Assembly (NCBI GenBank): GCA_045863575.1
Contig: BTUC01000005.1
Location: 1-46,186, forward strand
DNA: 46,186 nucleotides
DNA from: Phycisphaerae bacterium
GTDB taxonomy: Bacteria > Planctomycetota > Phycisphaerae > UBA1845 > PWPN01
Reading direction: 5' to 3'
Of this stretch, positions 1 through 9,370 are shown piece by piece. Within the stretch, counting starts at the first letter, position 1. Every line of letters begins with the position of its first letter. The translations under genes were made by a program, and so were the position numbers. The notes below the pieces were generated by a model. It searched no databases. It was not told the origin of the DNA and worked only from the letters and a program-made list of their open reading frames with translations.

Positions 1-653
1 AGCGCATCTTCCGCTACGCCAAGCTCAATCGCCTGCTGCACGAGATCGAGTCGGCCGGTCCGGATGCTTTCCGGATCCGCTTCACCGGTCCGGCGTCGGT
101 CCTTTCCGAGACACGTCGATACGGCGTGCACATGGGAGCGTTCCTGCCGGTGCTCCTGACCTGCCGCGGTTGGCGGATGTCGGCGCGGCTAAGGCTGCCG
201 CTGGGGGTGGCCCGCTTTGATCTGTCGCCTGAAGATGGTCTGCAAAGCTACCTGTCTGCACCGGAACAGTTCGACTCGAGTGTGGAGCAGGCCTTCGCCG
301 AGAAATTTGGCGCTGAACGCGAAGGCTGGACGCTGCGGCACGAGGGGGGCTTTCTCGTGCGCGGCCAGCGCGTCTTCGTGCCGGATTTCGTGGCCACGCA
401 CGAGGACGGCACGCGCGTCTACCTGGAGGTCGTCGGCTTCTGGACGCCCGAGTACCTGGCGGCCAAGGCACATACGCTGGCCCTGTTCGCCGAGGTGCCC
501 ATCCTGGTGGCGATTGCCGCCAAGACGGTCGCGAAACTCCCGAAGCTCACGGCCGAGGTGGTCACCTACAAGACGCGTCTGAAGCTCGGCCCGATCCTGG
601 AGCGGCTGGAGACCATCCGGCGGCGGAAGACTCAAGGTGCCTTGCCGGGCTGA
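1..653 (+). CDS. DUF790 family (Bax1-like PD-(D/E)xK) endonuclease, 5'-truncated by window
   Basis: Frame open from position 3 (RIFRYAKLNRLL...FTGPASVLSETRRYG..FLP); C-terminal VFVPDF...VYLEVVGFWTPEYL motif typical of DUF790. Confidence 0.8.
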   Translation, partial: RIFRYAKLNRLLHEIESAGPDAFRIRFTGPASVLSETRRYGVHMGAFLPVLLTCRGWRMSARLRLPLGVARFDLSPEDGLQSYLSAPEQFDSSVEQAFAEKFGAEREGWTLRHEGGFLVRGQRVFVPDFVATHEDGTRVYLEVVGFWTPEYLAAKAHTLALFAEVPILVAIAAKTVAKLPKLTAEVVTYKTRLKLGPILERLETIRRRKTQGALPG

Positions 654-1069
654 CCTTGCTTGGCAATGCGGGGTTGTGGCACCTTCTGGCCGCATTCTGG
701 GCATCTCGACGTGGTCAGGCCGGTGAGGTCGTATCCGCAGCGCAGGCACATGGGCAGTGGCTTGTGACGGGCCGTCTTCTCCAGGAACATGATCAACTGG
801 CCGCGAATTCGAATCAGGCGGTACTGGTAGACTGCGATCGCAAAGAGCCCCCAGATGCACAGGTACCACCAGGTCGGCAGGCCCCGCCGCGGCAGAAAGA
901 GCATTCCCGCCAGACCGCCGATAATCAGGGTCCACAAGCCGGCGATGAATACCACCCAGAGCAGCAGCCTGAGCGAATTGCCCCAGCCGAGGCTTCGCTG
1001 CACGATCTGCTCGCGCGCCTCCGGCGGCAGGTGTTCGAGCTCCGGAAATGACTCGATTCGCCAATACAT
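632..1069 (-). CDS. Small membrane protein with C-terminal zinc ribbon (CxxC...CPEC)
   Basis: Start taken at MYWRIESF; two hydrophobic helices then CLRCGYDLTGLTTSRCPECG; 3' end overlaps the convergent DUF790 gene by 22 nt. Confidence 0.7.
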   Translation of the reverse strand: MYWRIESFPELEHLPPEAREQIVQRSLGWGNSLRLLLWVVFIAGLWTLIIGGLAGMLFLPRRGLPTWWYLCIWGLFAIAVYQYRLIRIRGQLIMFLEKTARHKPLPMCLRCGYDLTGLTTSRCPECGQKVPQPRIAKQGQPGKAP

Positions 1070-1156
1070 GTTGCCACGTGTTCGAGTGTCTGGCTGCTGC
1101 CTCGTCCTATGGACGATCGCCACGTTCGCAGCGCCGGGCCGGCCGTTTCGCACCTG

Positions 1157-1184
1157 AACGGCCGGCACAGAGGCCGGCCGCTAC
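1157..1184 (-). repeat. GTAG-type REP element (family A), with degenerate partner at ~1127-1147
   Basis: AACGGCCGGCACAGAGGCCGGCCGCTAC matches copies at 9918-9945, 41421-41448 and 42657-42684. Confidence 0.7.
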
Positions 1185-1210
1185 GAATGCCCCGGCCTCG
1201 GGCGACGCGG

Positions 1211-2800
1211 CTACCGAGCATACTCGGTGGCCCGGATCTCGCGGATGAGCGTGACCTTGACCTCGCCGGGGTAGGTCATCTCCTGCTCGATTCGCTTGGC
1301 GATGTCGTAGGCCGTCTTGGCGGCCGTGTGATCATCCACGCGATTGGCATCCACGATGACGCGCACCTCGCGGCCGGCCTGCACCGCATAGGACTGCTTC
1401 ACGCCGGGGAAGCTGTTGGCAATGCCCTCGAGCTGCTCAAGCCGCTTGATGTAGCGTTCCAGGGACTCGCGCCTTCCGCCCGGGCGGGCCGCGCTGATCG
1501 CATCCGCCGCCGCCACCAGGGGCGTGTACGGGCTGATCGACTCGATGTCGCCGTGGTGACCCGCAATCGCGTTAAGCACTTCCGGGCGCTCGTTGAACCG
1601 CTTACAGATGTCGGCGCCGATCTGGGGGTGGCCGCCCTCGACCTCGTGGTCCACGGCCTTGCCGATGTCGTGAAGCAGGCCGCAGCGGCGAGCCAGCGTG
1701 CCGTCCAAGCCGAGCTCGTCGGCCATGAGCTGGCAGAGATAGGCCACCTCGACGCTGTGCTGGAGGACGTTCTGGCCATAGCTGGTCCGGTAGCTCAGCC
1801 GCCCCAGCAGGTCGATCTGCTTGCGATGCAGCCCGCCGACGTTGGCTTCAACGGCCGCCTTCTTGCCGCGCTCGACGATCTGGCGGGCGACCTCGGCGGA
1901 GGTCTCCTCCACGATCTCCTCGATCCGGGTGGGGTGGATTCGCCCATCCTGGATCAGCCGCTCCAGCGACAACCGGGCGATCTCGCGGCGGACGGGGTCA
2001 AACGCGCTGACCACGACCACGCCGGGGGTGTCATCGACGATCACGTCCACGCCGGTGGCCTTCTCGAACGCGCGGATGTTTCGGCCTTCGCGGCCGATGA
2101 CGCGCCCTTTCATATCGTCCGACGGAATATCCACGGTGCTGACCGTGCTGGTGCTGGTGTGCTCGGTGGCGAACCGCTGAATGGCCGTCACCACGATCTC
2201 TCGGGACTTCTCCTGGGCCGTTTCCCGGGCTTCGGTCAGCACCCGGTCCACCATCTCGGCCGCGTCGTGCTCGATTTCATGCTGGATCCGGGTGAGCAGC
2301 AGGTTCCTGGCTTCATCCACGCTCATGCCACTGATGCGCAACAGATGAGCGCGCTGCTCCTCCAGAACCTTGTCAACCTGGCCTTCCTTCTCCCGAACGA
2401 CGCCTTCGCGTTCCTTGAGCTTCAGGTCGGTCTGTTCGAGCATTTTTTCTTTGGAGGTGAGCGTATCGAGCTTCTTGTCCAGCAGGTCTGTGCGCTTGTC
2501 GAGCTTCCTTTCCGTCTCCTTCATCTCCTCCCGAATGGCCGAACTCTGCTTTTCGAACTCCTCCATTCTTCTGATGAACTCGCCTTTGGCTTCGAGTTTA
2601 GCCTTCTCCGCGGTCACTTCAGCCTGGCTTCTGGCGTCACCAACGATTCGCTCGGCTTCCTTGTGGGCGCTGGCGAGCTTGTCCTTCCCCAGAAGGAGGA
2701 GCACGCCGTAGGTCAGGCCACCGCCGACCAGCAGTGAAACCAGCACCACAAAGGCCATCGTCAGTGGACCTGCCTGAGCCATCAATGCGGGCAGTTCCAT
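1211..2800 (-). CDS. rny: Ribonuclease Y
   Basis: N-terminal TM helix, coiled coil, KH domain ([14 protein letters not shown]), HD domain (LLHDIGK), C-terminal QAGREVRV. Confidence 0.97.
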   Translation of the reverse strand: MELPALMAQAGPLTMAFVVLVSLLVGGGLTYGVLLLLGKDKLASAHKEAERIVGDARSQAEVTAEKAKLEAKGEFIRRMEEFEKQSSAIREEMKETERKLDKRTDLLDKKLDTLTSKEKMLEQTDLKLKEREGVVREKEGQVDKVLEEQRAHLLRISGMSVDEARNLLLTRIQHEIEHDAAEMVDRVLTEARETAQEKSREIVVTAIQRFATEHTSTSTVSTVDIPSDDMKGRVIGREGRNIRAFEKATGVDVIVDDTPGVVVVSAFDPVRREIARLSLERLIQDGRIHPTRIEEIVEETSAEVARQIVERGKKAAVEANVGGLHRKQIDLLGRLSYRTSYGQNVLQHSVEVAYLCQLMADELGLDGTLARRCGLLHDIGKAVDHEVEGGHPQIGADICKRFNERPEVLNAIAGHHGDIESISPYTPLVAAADAISAARPGGRRESLERYIKRLEQLEGIANSFPGVKQSYAVQAGREVRVIVDANRVDDHTAAKTAYDIAKRIEQEMTYPGEVKVTLIREIRATEYAR

Positions 2801-3011
2801 GATTCACCTTCCCATCTATGTTCAAAGGCTCGTGTCGCTCTCCCGGAGCCCAAGAGCCTCCGGCCTGCGAGCGCGAGCAACCTGTACGTTGTGCCGCATC
2901 GGGAAGATGGTGACGCGTGAAGGCGCTGAGGACTACGGGGGAAAGAGGCAGGGTCAGCCTGCATCTGGCAGGTTCGTGCCATCCGTGGTTATGTCAGGCG
3001 CGCAGTCAGGG

Positions 3012-3171
3012 GGGGCTCAAAGCTGAGCGGTCACTCGTCGGCAGGTTTTACCCGCTTTGGGGTCCGGTAAACTCCGAGGTTGTATCCAGAGCATAGCGTC
3101 CCTTCAAAGTGCCGCTGGTGTAACCTGCAACAGTTGCTGCCTCACTTCGGCTGCCAACCCTTGTCTGCCCC
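3012..3171 (-). ncRNA. ssrS: 6S RNA (probable)
   Basis: Minus strand folds into one ~160 nt rod: GGGGC/GCCCC closing stem, CAAGG..UUGG/UCAGCUUUG, a central bubble, GCAGGUU/AACCUGC, CUUUG/CAAAG and an apical stem. G.U wobbles favour the minus strand; position upstream of rny is a known 6S synteny. Confidence 0.72.
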
Positions 3172-3492
3172 ACACACCTGCGGCGAAACCGGTTGCGAAA
3201 AGTTGAGCGACGCCGCCTCACTCAGCTCCACCACTGGATGGCTTGTTGACACGACTCAAGGTCAGGCCGGGCGCGTGGCGCCGGCCCATCACCTTGGGAT
3301 TTGTCGCGTCCGGCCGTCTGCTGGACGACCGATGTAACCTGCCGTTCTCCTTATCCAAGCCGGGGCTGCATGGCCGCCCACAATACCCGATCCGCAGCGC
3401 TGCCGGCCGGAGGAATACCTCCGCCGCGCGACATAACTTCCCGAAAAGTATGAATTTGTGCGCCTTATTGACGCACGGATAATCTAGCCTTC

Positions 3493-3520
3493 ATTATAAT
3501 GCCCCGGTCCCGGGCGTCAA
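3493..3520 (-). promoter_or_regulatory. Sigma70-type promoter driving the leader/6S/rny transcript
   Basis: Minus strand TTGACG-16 nt-TATAAT. Confidence 0.6.
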
Positions 3521-3783
3521 TATGTGGAACCCGCCTGCAAGTTTTCAACATTCAGCGGCCCAAATGGTTACACCCGGCGACGCTCCGGGGGGAGAGATAC
3601 CGGGAACTCGGCGTGGGGACCAGTGTCAGATTTCTGGCGACGACAGCGATTCCGACGCACCTGAACCCGGTGCTTGTCGGTATCGGTAAGAAGACCAGTG
3701 GGCCTCTGATCCGCTGAGCAGAGTTTGGACTCGACTCTGCACGGACTAAAATGTCGTCTTACTCCGGCGAGGGTAGACCACAC

Positions 3784-6294
3784 ATGGATCTGAAACGACC
3801 GTTACTCTTGGGCATTCTGCTCGTCACAGGCTGGACCGCCGCAATTTGCGTTGCATCTTCCGGCGACCCCCCCAAGGCCGAGGTCGAGCTGCTGGCGGGC
3901 CAGACGGCCATTGTGCCGGGGCAGAGCGTTCCGCTGGCCATCCATTTTCAGATCGCGCCTCAATGGCACCTCTATTGGCGTAACCCAGGGGAGGGAGGTC
4001 TGGAGCCGACTTTCAAGTGGCACTTGCCCGAGGGCTTCCAGATCGGTCCACTCCGGTGGCCTGCGCCGACGCGGTACGTCGATGCTGAGATCGACGCCCA
4101 CTCGTACATTCTCGAAGGCCGTCCCACGCTGCTGACCGAACTGAGTGCTCCGGCGAATGCCCCTCCGGGAGAGACGGTCAGTATCGGCGTGGACGCAAAC
4201 TGGATGGCCTGCAAGAACGTCTGCGTCATCGAAAAGAAGTCGCTGGCCTTGAAGCTCCCGGTGGTCGCGGACGCCGCCGGCGCAGAGCCGGCTAACGAGG
4301 TGATTTTCCGGTCGGCCAGCCGGGCGATCCCCGCCCCTGCGGACAAGGCTAAGTATCTCGAGTCGCTCACCGCACAAGCCAGTGTGGACAAGGTCAGTCC
4401 AGGGGCCAAATTCGAAGTGCACGTCGTTGTTGAGGTGAAGGCCGGCCATCATTTGAACTCGCATCAGCCGCTTCAGCCCGGCCTGCGGCGCACCGACCTG
4501 TTCCCTCATACCAGCGAAGGAGTGCAGATGGGTCGACCTCGCTTCCCGGTCGGCCATCTGGAGCAACTCCCCACCGGCGAGCGGCTTTCCGTCTACCGGG
4601 GCAAGACCACGATCACGATTCCCGTGCAGGCCGACAGGGAATTGTCCGCCACTGAGCTGGTGGTCAGCGGTGTATTGACCTATCAGGCCTGCAATGACCT
4701 CACCCAGCAGTGCTTCCTGCCGACGGCCGCGGAGTGGTCGGTGACGCTGCCGGTGGCCAAGCCAGGCGAAGCCGTGCACGTCGTGGAGGCGACTCAGCCG
4801 GCGAACGATCAGGCCAGCGCCTCCGCGGAGCCCGGCCACTCAGAAGCAGCGGGTGGGGAGGAGCCTTCGAGCGATCCGCCCTCGCCGGTGGCTTCCACCG
4901 GCGACGCGCCGGCGGCGTCGGCGGGCGGAACAGGGTTCATCGGCTGGCTCATGAATCTGTTGCTCTCCATGGGGGTGGTGGGGCTGCTCGTGCTGGCCTT
5001 TCTGGGCGGGCTGCTGATGAACGTGATGCCGTGTGTGCTGCCGGTGATTTCCATCAAAGTATTGTCTTTTGTGCAGCAGGCCAAGGAAAGCCGCCTTCGC
5101 ATCATGACTTTGGGCCTGGCTTTCTCGGCGGGCATTGTCGTCTCCTTCCTCGTGTTCGGTCTGCTGATTATGGGCTTGCTCGCGGGTCTGGGCCTCGAGA
5201 TGCAGTGGGGCGGGTTGTTTCAGGAGCCGATCGTGGTCATCGGTCTGGCCGCCTTGCTGACCGCCATGGCCTTGAGCCTGTTCGGGGTGTTTACGCTCTC
5301 CCCTCCCCGGTTTATTCTGCAATTGAGTGGCAACCTCCGTCAGGAAGGGCACCTGAACGCCTTTGGCACGGGTTTGCTGGCCACAGTGCTGGGAACGGCC
5401 TGCACGGCTCCGCTGGTCAGTCCGGCCGTGGCCGTAGCCGCGAACCAGCCGGCCCTCATCGGAATGCTCACTTTTCTGGCCATGGGGCTGGGTATGGCGG
5501 CGCCGTACGTGCTGCTGGCCGCTAGACCGGCGTGGGTACGCTTCATTCCCCGGCCTGGACCGTGGATGAAGACTTTCGAAGAGGTGATGGCTTTTCTGCT
5601 GCTCGCGACGGCGGCCTTCCTCCTGAGCATCGTGCTCAGTCAACTCGGCGGCGAGGGCGCGTTCTGGACGCTCGTGTTCCTCCTTTTCGTCGCGGCAGCC
5701 ATGTGGAGCTACGGCAAGGCTGAAGCGGGCACGAAGCCGGCGCGTCAGGCGATCGCTTACACCGGTACGGTTTTGCTTTTTGTCGGGGGCTGGTGGTTCA
5801 GCTTTGTCCTGATGGCGCCGCTGCACGAGTTGGAGGCTCGTCAGCTCGCCGCCCGTCGCGCCGCAAACGTACCCGTGCAGTTGGCATGGCCCGATGAGAA
5901 TGAGATACCCTGGGTCCCCTATACCAGAGAGCGGGCCCGCGAATTGGTTCGATCGGGCCGCACGGTGTTCATCGACTACACCGCCGACTGGTGCATCAAC
6001 TGCAAGGTCAACGAAAAGCTGTTCATTAATACGCCGGCCGTTCGACAGGCCATGCGCCATCTTGGCGTCGTGCCGATCAAAGCGGACAACACGCTTGAAG
6101 ATCCGGAGATCGAAGCGGACCTCAAGCGCTTCAACCGTTCCGGGGTGCCCATGTACGTGATCATCCCGGCCAACCAGTGGGATCAGCCGATCCTGCTGAA
6201 CGAGATCCTGACCCAGGGGGCCGTTCTCGAAGGCTTGCAAAAGGCCGGTCCCAGCCTGGAGCCGGAAATGCGGGTGGCCGCATCGGAGGGGTGA
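3784..6294 (+). CDS. dsbD: Thiol:disulfide interchange protein DsbD family, with two N-terminal Ig-like (alpha) domains
   Basis: Signal peptide; WHLYWRNPG..G; Cys pairs ACKNVC and ACNDLTQQC; TM domain with MPCVLP and TACTAP; thioredoxin YTADWCINCK. Confidence 0.88.
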   Translation: MDLKRPLLLGILLVTGWTAAICVASSGDPPKAEVELLAGQTAIVPGQSVPLAIHFQIAPQWHLYWRNPGEGGLEPTFKWHLPEGFQIGPLRWPAPTRYVDAEIDAHSYILEGRPTLLTELSAPANAPPGETVSIGVDANWMACKNVCVIEKKSLALKLPVVADAAGAEPANEVIFRSASRAIPAPADKAKYLESLTAQASVDKVSPGAKFEVHVVVEVKAGHHLNSHQPLQPGLRRTDLFPHTSEGVQMGRPRFPVGHLEQLPTGERLSVYRGKTTITIPVQADRELSATELVVSGVLTYQACNDLTQQCFLPTAAEWSVTLPVAKPGEAVHVVEATQPANDQASASAEPGHSEAAGGEEPSSDPPSPVASTGDAPAASAGGTGFIGWLMNLLLSMGVVGLLVLAFLGGLLMNVMPCVLPVISIKVLSFVQQAKESRLRIMTLGLAFSAGIVVSFLVFGLLIMGLLAGLGLEMQWGGLFQEPIVVIGLAALLTAMALSLFGVFTLSPPRFILQLSGNLRQEGHLNAFGTGLLATVLGTACTAPLVSPAVAVAANQPALIGMLTFLAMGLGMAAPYVLLAARPAWVRFIPRPGPWMKTFEEVMAFLLLATAAFLLSIVLSQLGGEGAFWTLVFLLFVAAAMWSYGKAEAGTKPARQAIAYTGTVLLFVGGWWFSFVLMAPLHELEARQLAARRAANVPVQLAWPDENEIPWVPYTRERARELVRSGRTVFIDYTADWCINCKVNEKLFINTPAVRQAMRHLGVVPIKADNTLEDPEIEADLKRFNRSGVPMYVIIPANQWDQPILLNEILTQGAVLEGLQKAGPSLEPEMRVAASEG

Positions 6295-6337
6295 AACCCG
6301 GTGACGAGCCGCGACCCGTAGCACGATCGGCGGGGTA

Positions 6338-6422
6338 TCAGAGCCTCGAGCGCAAGCGAGGGGGATTCGGTTGCAGTAGAGCCCTCGGCGCTTCGGCCCC
6401 TCGCTGGCGCTCAGGGCTCTGA
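6338..6422. repeat. REPIN-like inverted repeat (family B)
   Basis: TCAGAGCCTCGAGCGCAAGCGAGGGG ... CCCCTCGCTGGCGCTCAGGGCTCTGA, a 26 nt near-perfect inverted pair. Confidence 0.75.
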
Positions 6423-6589
6423 AGGGCCTCATCGCCCAAGTTGTGACGCCCCCGGCGAGCCGCGACACCCGTTCATCCGCTTGACAGCGTTTTTCCTGGA
6501 CACGAGACTCAATGGGTCCGGCTGCCCTGGTGGGGTCCCGGTGGCCGTGACGGTGGATGCGGACCCTGTGCCCAACACGGAAACCGGCC

Positions 6590-7987
6590 ATGAAGAACAC
6601 CGCCCCCTCGGCTTCGTCACGTCGTCAGTTTTTGAAGAACAGTGGGCGTGCGGCGGCGGCTTCCGCCTTGGCCGGTGTGGCCGTGCCCTCAGCCTATGCC
6701 GCCGGCAGCGACCTGATCCAGGTAGCCCTCATTGGTTGCGGCGGCCGCGGCACCGGCGCCGCCGCCAACGCCCTGTCTACCAGGAGCGGTCCCATCAAGC
6801 TGGTGGCTATGGCGGATATCTCCGCCGGCCGGCTCAAGGGCAGCTACAACGGTCTCCATGGCAACGAGAGGCTGCGTAGCAAGGTGGATGTGCCGCCAGA
6901 CCGCCAGTTCCTCGGGTTCGAGGCGTACAAGCAGGCCATGGACTGTCTCAAGCCCGGCGACGTAGCCATTTTCGGCACGCCGCCGGCCTTCCGCTGGGTG
7001 CACTTCACCTATGCGATCGACAAGGGCCTGAACGTCTTCATGGAGAAGCCCGTGACCGTCGACGGCCCCACGTCGAGGCGCATGTTTGCGCTGGGGGAGG
7101 CCGCCAGCAAGAAGAATCTGAAGGTGGGGGTGGGGCTGATGTCCCGGCACAGCCGGGCATTGGCGGAACTGGCCCAGCGCGTGCACGACGGCGAGATCGG
7201 GGACATCATTCTGCAGCGCGGTTACCGCATGCACGGACCGGCCGGCGCTTTCGCCTCCCTGCCCAAGCCCGCGGGGGTCAGCGATCTGCTCTACCAGGTG
7301 CAGCGCTTCCACTCCTTCCTCTGGTCGGGTGGCGGCAACTACAGCGATTTCTACATCCACATCATCGATCATCTTGGCTGGATGAAGAACGCCTGGCCGG
7401 TCAAGGCCCAGGGGCTGGGCGCGCGGCATTACCAGCAGAATGCCGAGGGTGTCAGGTACGTGGACCAGAACATGGATGTGTACGCGGTGGAATACACGTA
7501 TGCCGACGGCTCCAAGTTCAACTTCGATGGGCGGTGCATGAACGGCTGCACCGACATCTACTCGAGCTACCTGCACGGCACGAAGGGCTCGGCCATCGCC
7601 TCCCGGGGCGGCGACTGCGGCCAGCCCTCGGCCATCTTCAAGACCCAGAGCATGCAGCCGTCGGACCTGGTCTGGGAATCCAAGGCCAAACCCGGCGAGG
7701 AAGATCCCTATCAGAACGAGTGGAACGACCTGATCGACGCCATCCGCAACGACCAGGCGTACAACGAGACGAAGCGCGGCGTGGAAGCCAGCCTGGTGAC
7801 CTCCCTGGGGCGCATGGCCGCTCACACCGGACAGGAGATCACCTACGAGCAGATCCTCAACTCCGACCACGAGTTCGCCCCGGGGATCGACAAGCTGACC
7901 ATGGACTCGCCGGCGCCCTTGAAGCCGGGCCCGGACGGGAGATATCCCGTTCCGCTGCCGGGGATCACGAAGGATCGCGAGTATTGA
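6590..7987 (+). CDS. Tat-exported Gfo/Idh/MocA family oxidoreductase
   Basis: SRRQFLK twin-arginine signal; ALIGCGGRG Rossmann motif; FMEKP motif. Confidence 0.9.
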   Translation: MKNTAPSASSRRQFLKNSGRAAAASALAGVAVPSAYAAGSDLIQVALIGCGGRGTGAAANALSTRSGPIKLVAMADISAGRLKGSYNGLHGNERLRSKVDVPPDRQFLGFEAYKQAMDCLKPGDVAIFGTPPAFRWVHFTYAIDKGLNVFMEKPVTVDGPTSRRMFALGEAASKKNLKVGVGLMSRHSRALAELAQRVHDGEIGDIILQRGYRMHGPAGAFASLPKPAGVSDLLYQVQRFHSFLWSGGGNYSDFYIHIIDHLGWMKNAWPVKAQGLGARHYQQNAEGVRYVDQNMDVYAVEYTYADGSKFNFDGRCMNGCTDIYSSYLHGTKGSAIASRGGDCGQPSAIFKTQSMQPSDLVWESKAKPGEEDPYQNEWNDLIDAIRNDQAYNETKRGVEASLVTSLGRMAAHTGQEITYEQILNSDHEFAPGIDKLTMDSPAPLKPGPDGRYPVPLPGITKDREY

Positions 7988-8010
7988 GGCTTGGGTCTGG
8001 GGGGAACGCA

Positions 8011-8082
8011 CAGGAGCAGGAGTAAGAGAAAGAGTAAGAGCAGGAAGAGGATTAAGATCAGGAGCAGGATTAAGAATAGGAT
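8011..8082. repeat. Degenerate purine-rich hexamer tandem repeat (12 units, approx. YARGAD)
   Basis: caggag caggag taagag aaagag taagag caggaa gaggat taagat caggag caggat taagaa taggat. Confidence 0.8.
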
Positions 8083-8352
8083 CTGTACAATCCGGAGTTT
8101 CCCACCACCCGTTGGATCAAGCTGAAGACGTACAGCCAGACGATCGGCCCGCAGGCTGGGCCGCGCGCAGCCGGGATTCTCGCGGTGGCCGACCTTGATG
8201 TGACCCACGTCGTCCATGCCGGAGACAACACGGTGGTCTGCGCCGTGGACAACTCGGACCAGGCCAACACAGGTGTGGGTGGGTTGATGCACCCCGTAAT
8301 CTTGTACATTGCTGCAAAGGATCTCCAGGAGCCGCTCGATCGGGAACAATGA
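8083..8352 (+). pseudogene. Start-less remnant resembling the C-terminus of a GH2-like/galactose-binding jelly-roll domain
   Basis: Frame reads ...LDVTHVVHAGDNTVVCAVDNSDQANTGVGGLMHPVILY...*; bounded upstream by in-frame TAG (8077-8079) inside the hexamer repeat. Confidence 0.5.
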
Positions 8353-8398
8353 CCCTGCTCGTCATCTGGGCCGTCCTCAAAACCATTTTCACCTCCCC

Positions 8399-8465
8399 AT
8401 CCGTGTCCATCCGCGCTATCCGTGGTCAACATCAGCAAACCACGGATAACACTGATAGCACGGAT
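8399..8465. repeat. ATCCGTG-triplet inverted repeat element
   Basis: ATCCGTGTCCATCCGCGCTATCCGTGGT ... ACCACGGATAACACTGATAGCACGGAT. Confidence 0.7.
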
Positions 8466-8602
8466 TCGCTATCCAGCCTTCATTCCTGGCCAGGGCCGAG
8501 TTGCCTGTCCACGGCAGGATCCCACCTGCACGTTCGCTGTGGCACTGGATTCCGGGATGTGCAGTGTGGGGAGGGTGCCGAGCCACCCTTTGTTTGCACG
8601 GC

Positions 8603-8631
8603 TTGAATTAGCACCATTGCGGTCCTATATT
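8603..8631 (+). promoter_or_regulatory. Putative sigma70 promoter for the TPR-YggX gene
   Basis: TTGAAT-17 nt-TATATT, ~40 nt before ATG 8673. Confidence 0.45.
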
Positions 8632-8672
8632 GCAGCGCAGGTGCAACGCGGCCTCATGGGAGAATCTCACGC

Positions 8673-9290
8673 ATGGATGAAGCACGAATCGAGCAGTTCC
8701 GGAACATGGCTCAGGCGGATCCGGACAATGAGCTGGGGCACTTCAGCCTGGGCAAGGCGCTGATCGACGCCGGACGGCATGAAGAGGCGATTGCCAGCCT
8801 CCAGCGGGCCATCGATATCAATCCGCAGAACTCGCGCAGCTATCACCTGCTGGCTCTCGCCCAGAAAGGGGCGGGCCAGCGCGGGGAGGCGATCTCGACG
8901 CTGCGCATGGGCTTTGACGTAGCTCATGGGCGGGGCGATCTCATGCCGCGCAATGATATGGGTGCACTCATGCGAGAACTGGGCGAGACACCGCCCACCG
9001 TCGTGGACGCCCCGGCGGCGCCGGTCCCCGCGGCTGCTGCCGTCGGCGCGGACAGCATCGTCTGCAGCCGTTGCGGCAATGCCCGGCCCAAGATGGCCGA
9101 ACGGCCGTTCAAAGGTCCGCTGGGTGAGCAGGTGTGGGCCAACGTCTGCCAGTCCTGCTGGGGTGAGTGGATCCGCATGGGCACAAAGGTCATCAACGAG
9201 CTGCGCCTCAATTTTGCCGACCCGCGTCATGCCGACACGTACGACCAGTACATGCGGGAGTTCCTGCAACTCGAGTCCAAGCCGGCGTGA
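8673..9290 (+). CDS. TPR domain fused to YggX-like Fe(II)-trafficking/oxidative damage protection domain
   Basis: TPR helices (DPDNELGHFSLGKAL; INPQNSRSYHLLA); C-terminal PFKGPLGEQVWANVCQSCWGEWIRMGTKVINELRL, the YggX pattern. Confidence 0.8.
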   Translation: MDEARIEQFRNMAQADPDNELGHFSLGKALIDAGRHEEAIASLQRAIDINPQNSRSYHLLALAQKGAGQRGEAISTLRMGFDVAHGRGDLMPRNDMGALMRELGETPPTVVDAPAAPVPAAAAVGADSIVCSRCGNARPKMAERPFKGPLGEQVWANVCQSCWGEWIRMGTKVINELRLNFADPRHADTYDQYMREFLQLESKPA

Positions 9291-9370
9291 GGCCGTGCAC
9301 GATCTGCGGCCCCACCGTACAATGCGGCCGTCCGAACGAAGAAAGGCGACCCGAGCACAGGAGCACCTTC

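Noticed and set aside
1109-2737. Long antisense ORFs (also 4840-6600, 6689-8011, 12512-13954, 33244-35319, 35645-37405, 45216-46175)
   Set aside because: Shadow ORFs opposite well-supported genes, expected in high-GC DNA; no recognisable motifs
3223-3368. CAGCTCCACCA (tmRNA-like 3' end) followed by GGGGCTG, suggesting a permuted tmRNA or tRNA-Ala on the + strand
   Set aside because: No TTCRA T-loop before the acceptor end and no TTCGAC motif after GGGGCTG; wobble pattern favours minus-strand structure
8011-8082. Possible CRISPR array or mobile element
   Set aside because: No repeat-spacer structure; no cas, transposase, integrase or phage genes recognisable anywhere in the window
7843-8349. 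Minus-strand ORF with a poly-Leu/Ile hydrophobic stretch
   Set aside because: The stretch is the translation of the hexamer repeat, and the ORF overlaps the oxidoreductase 3' end
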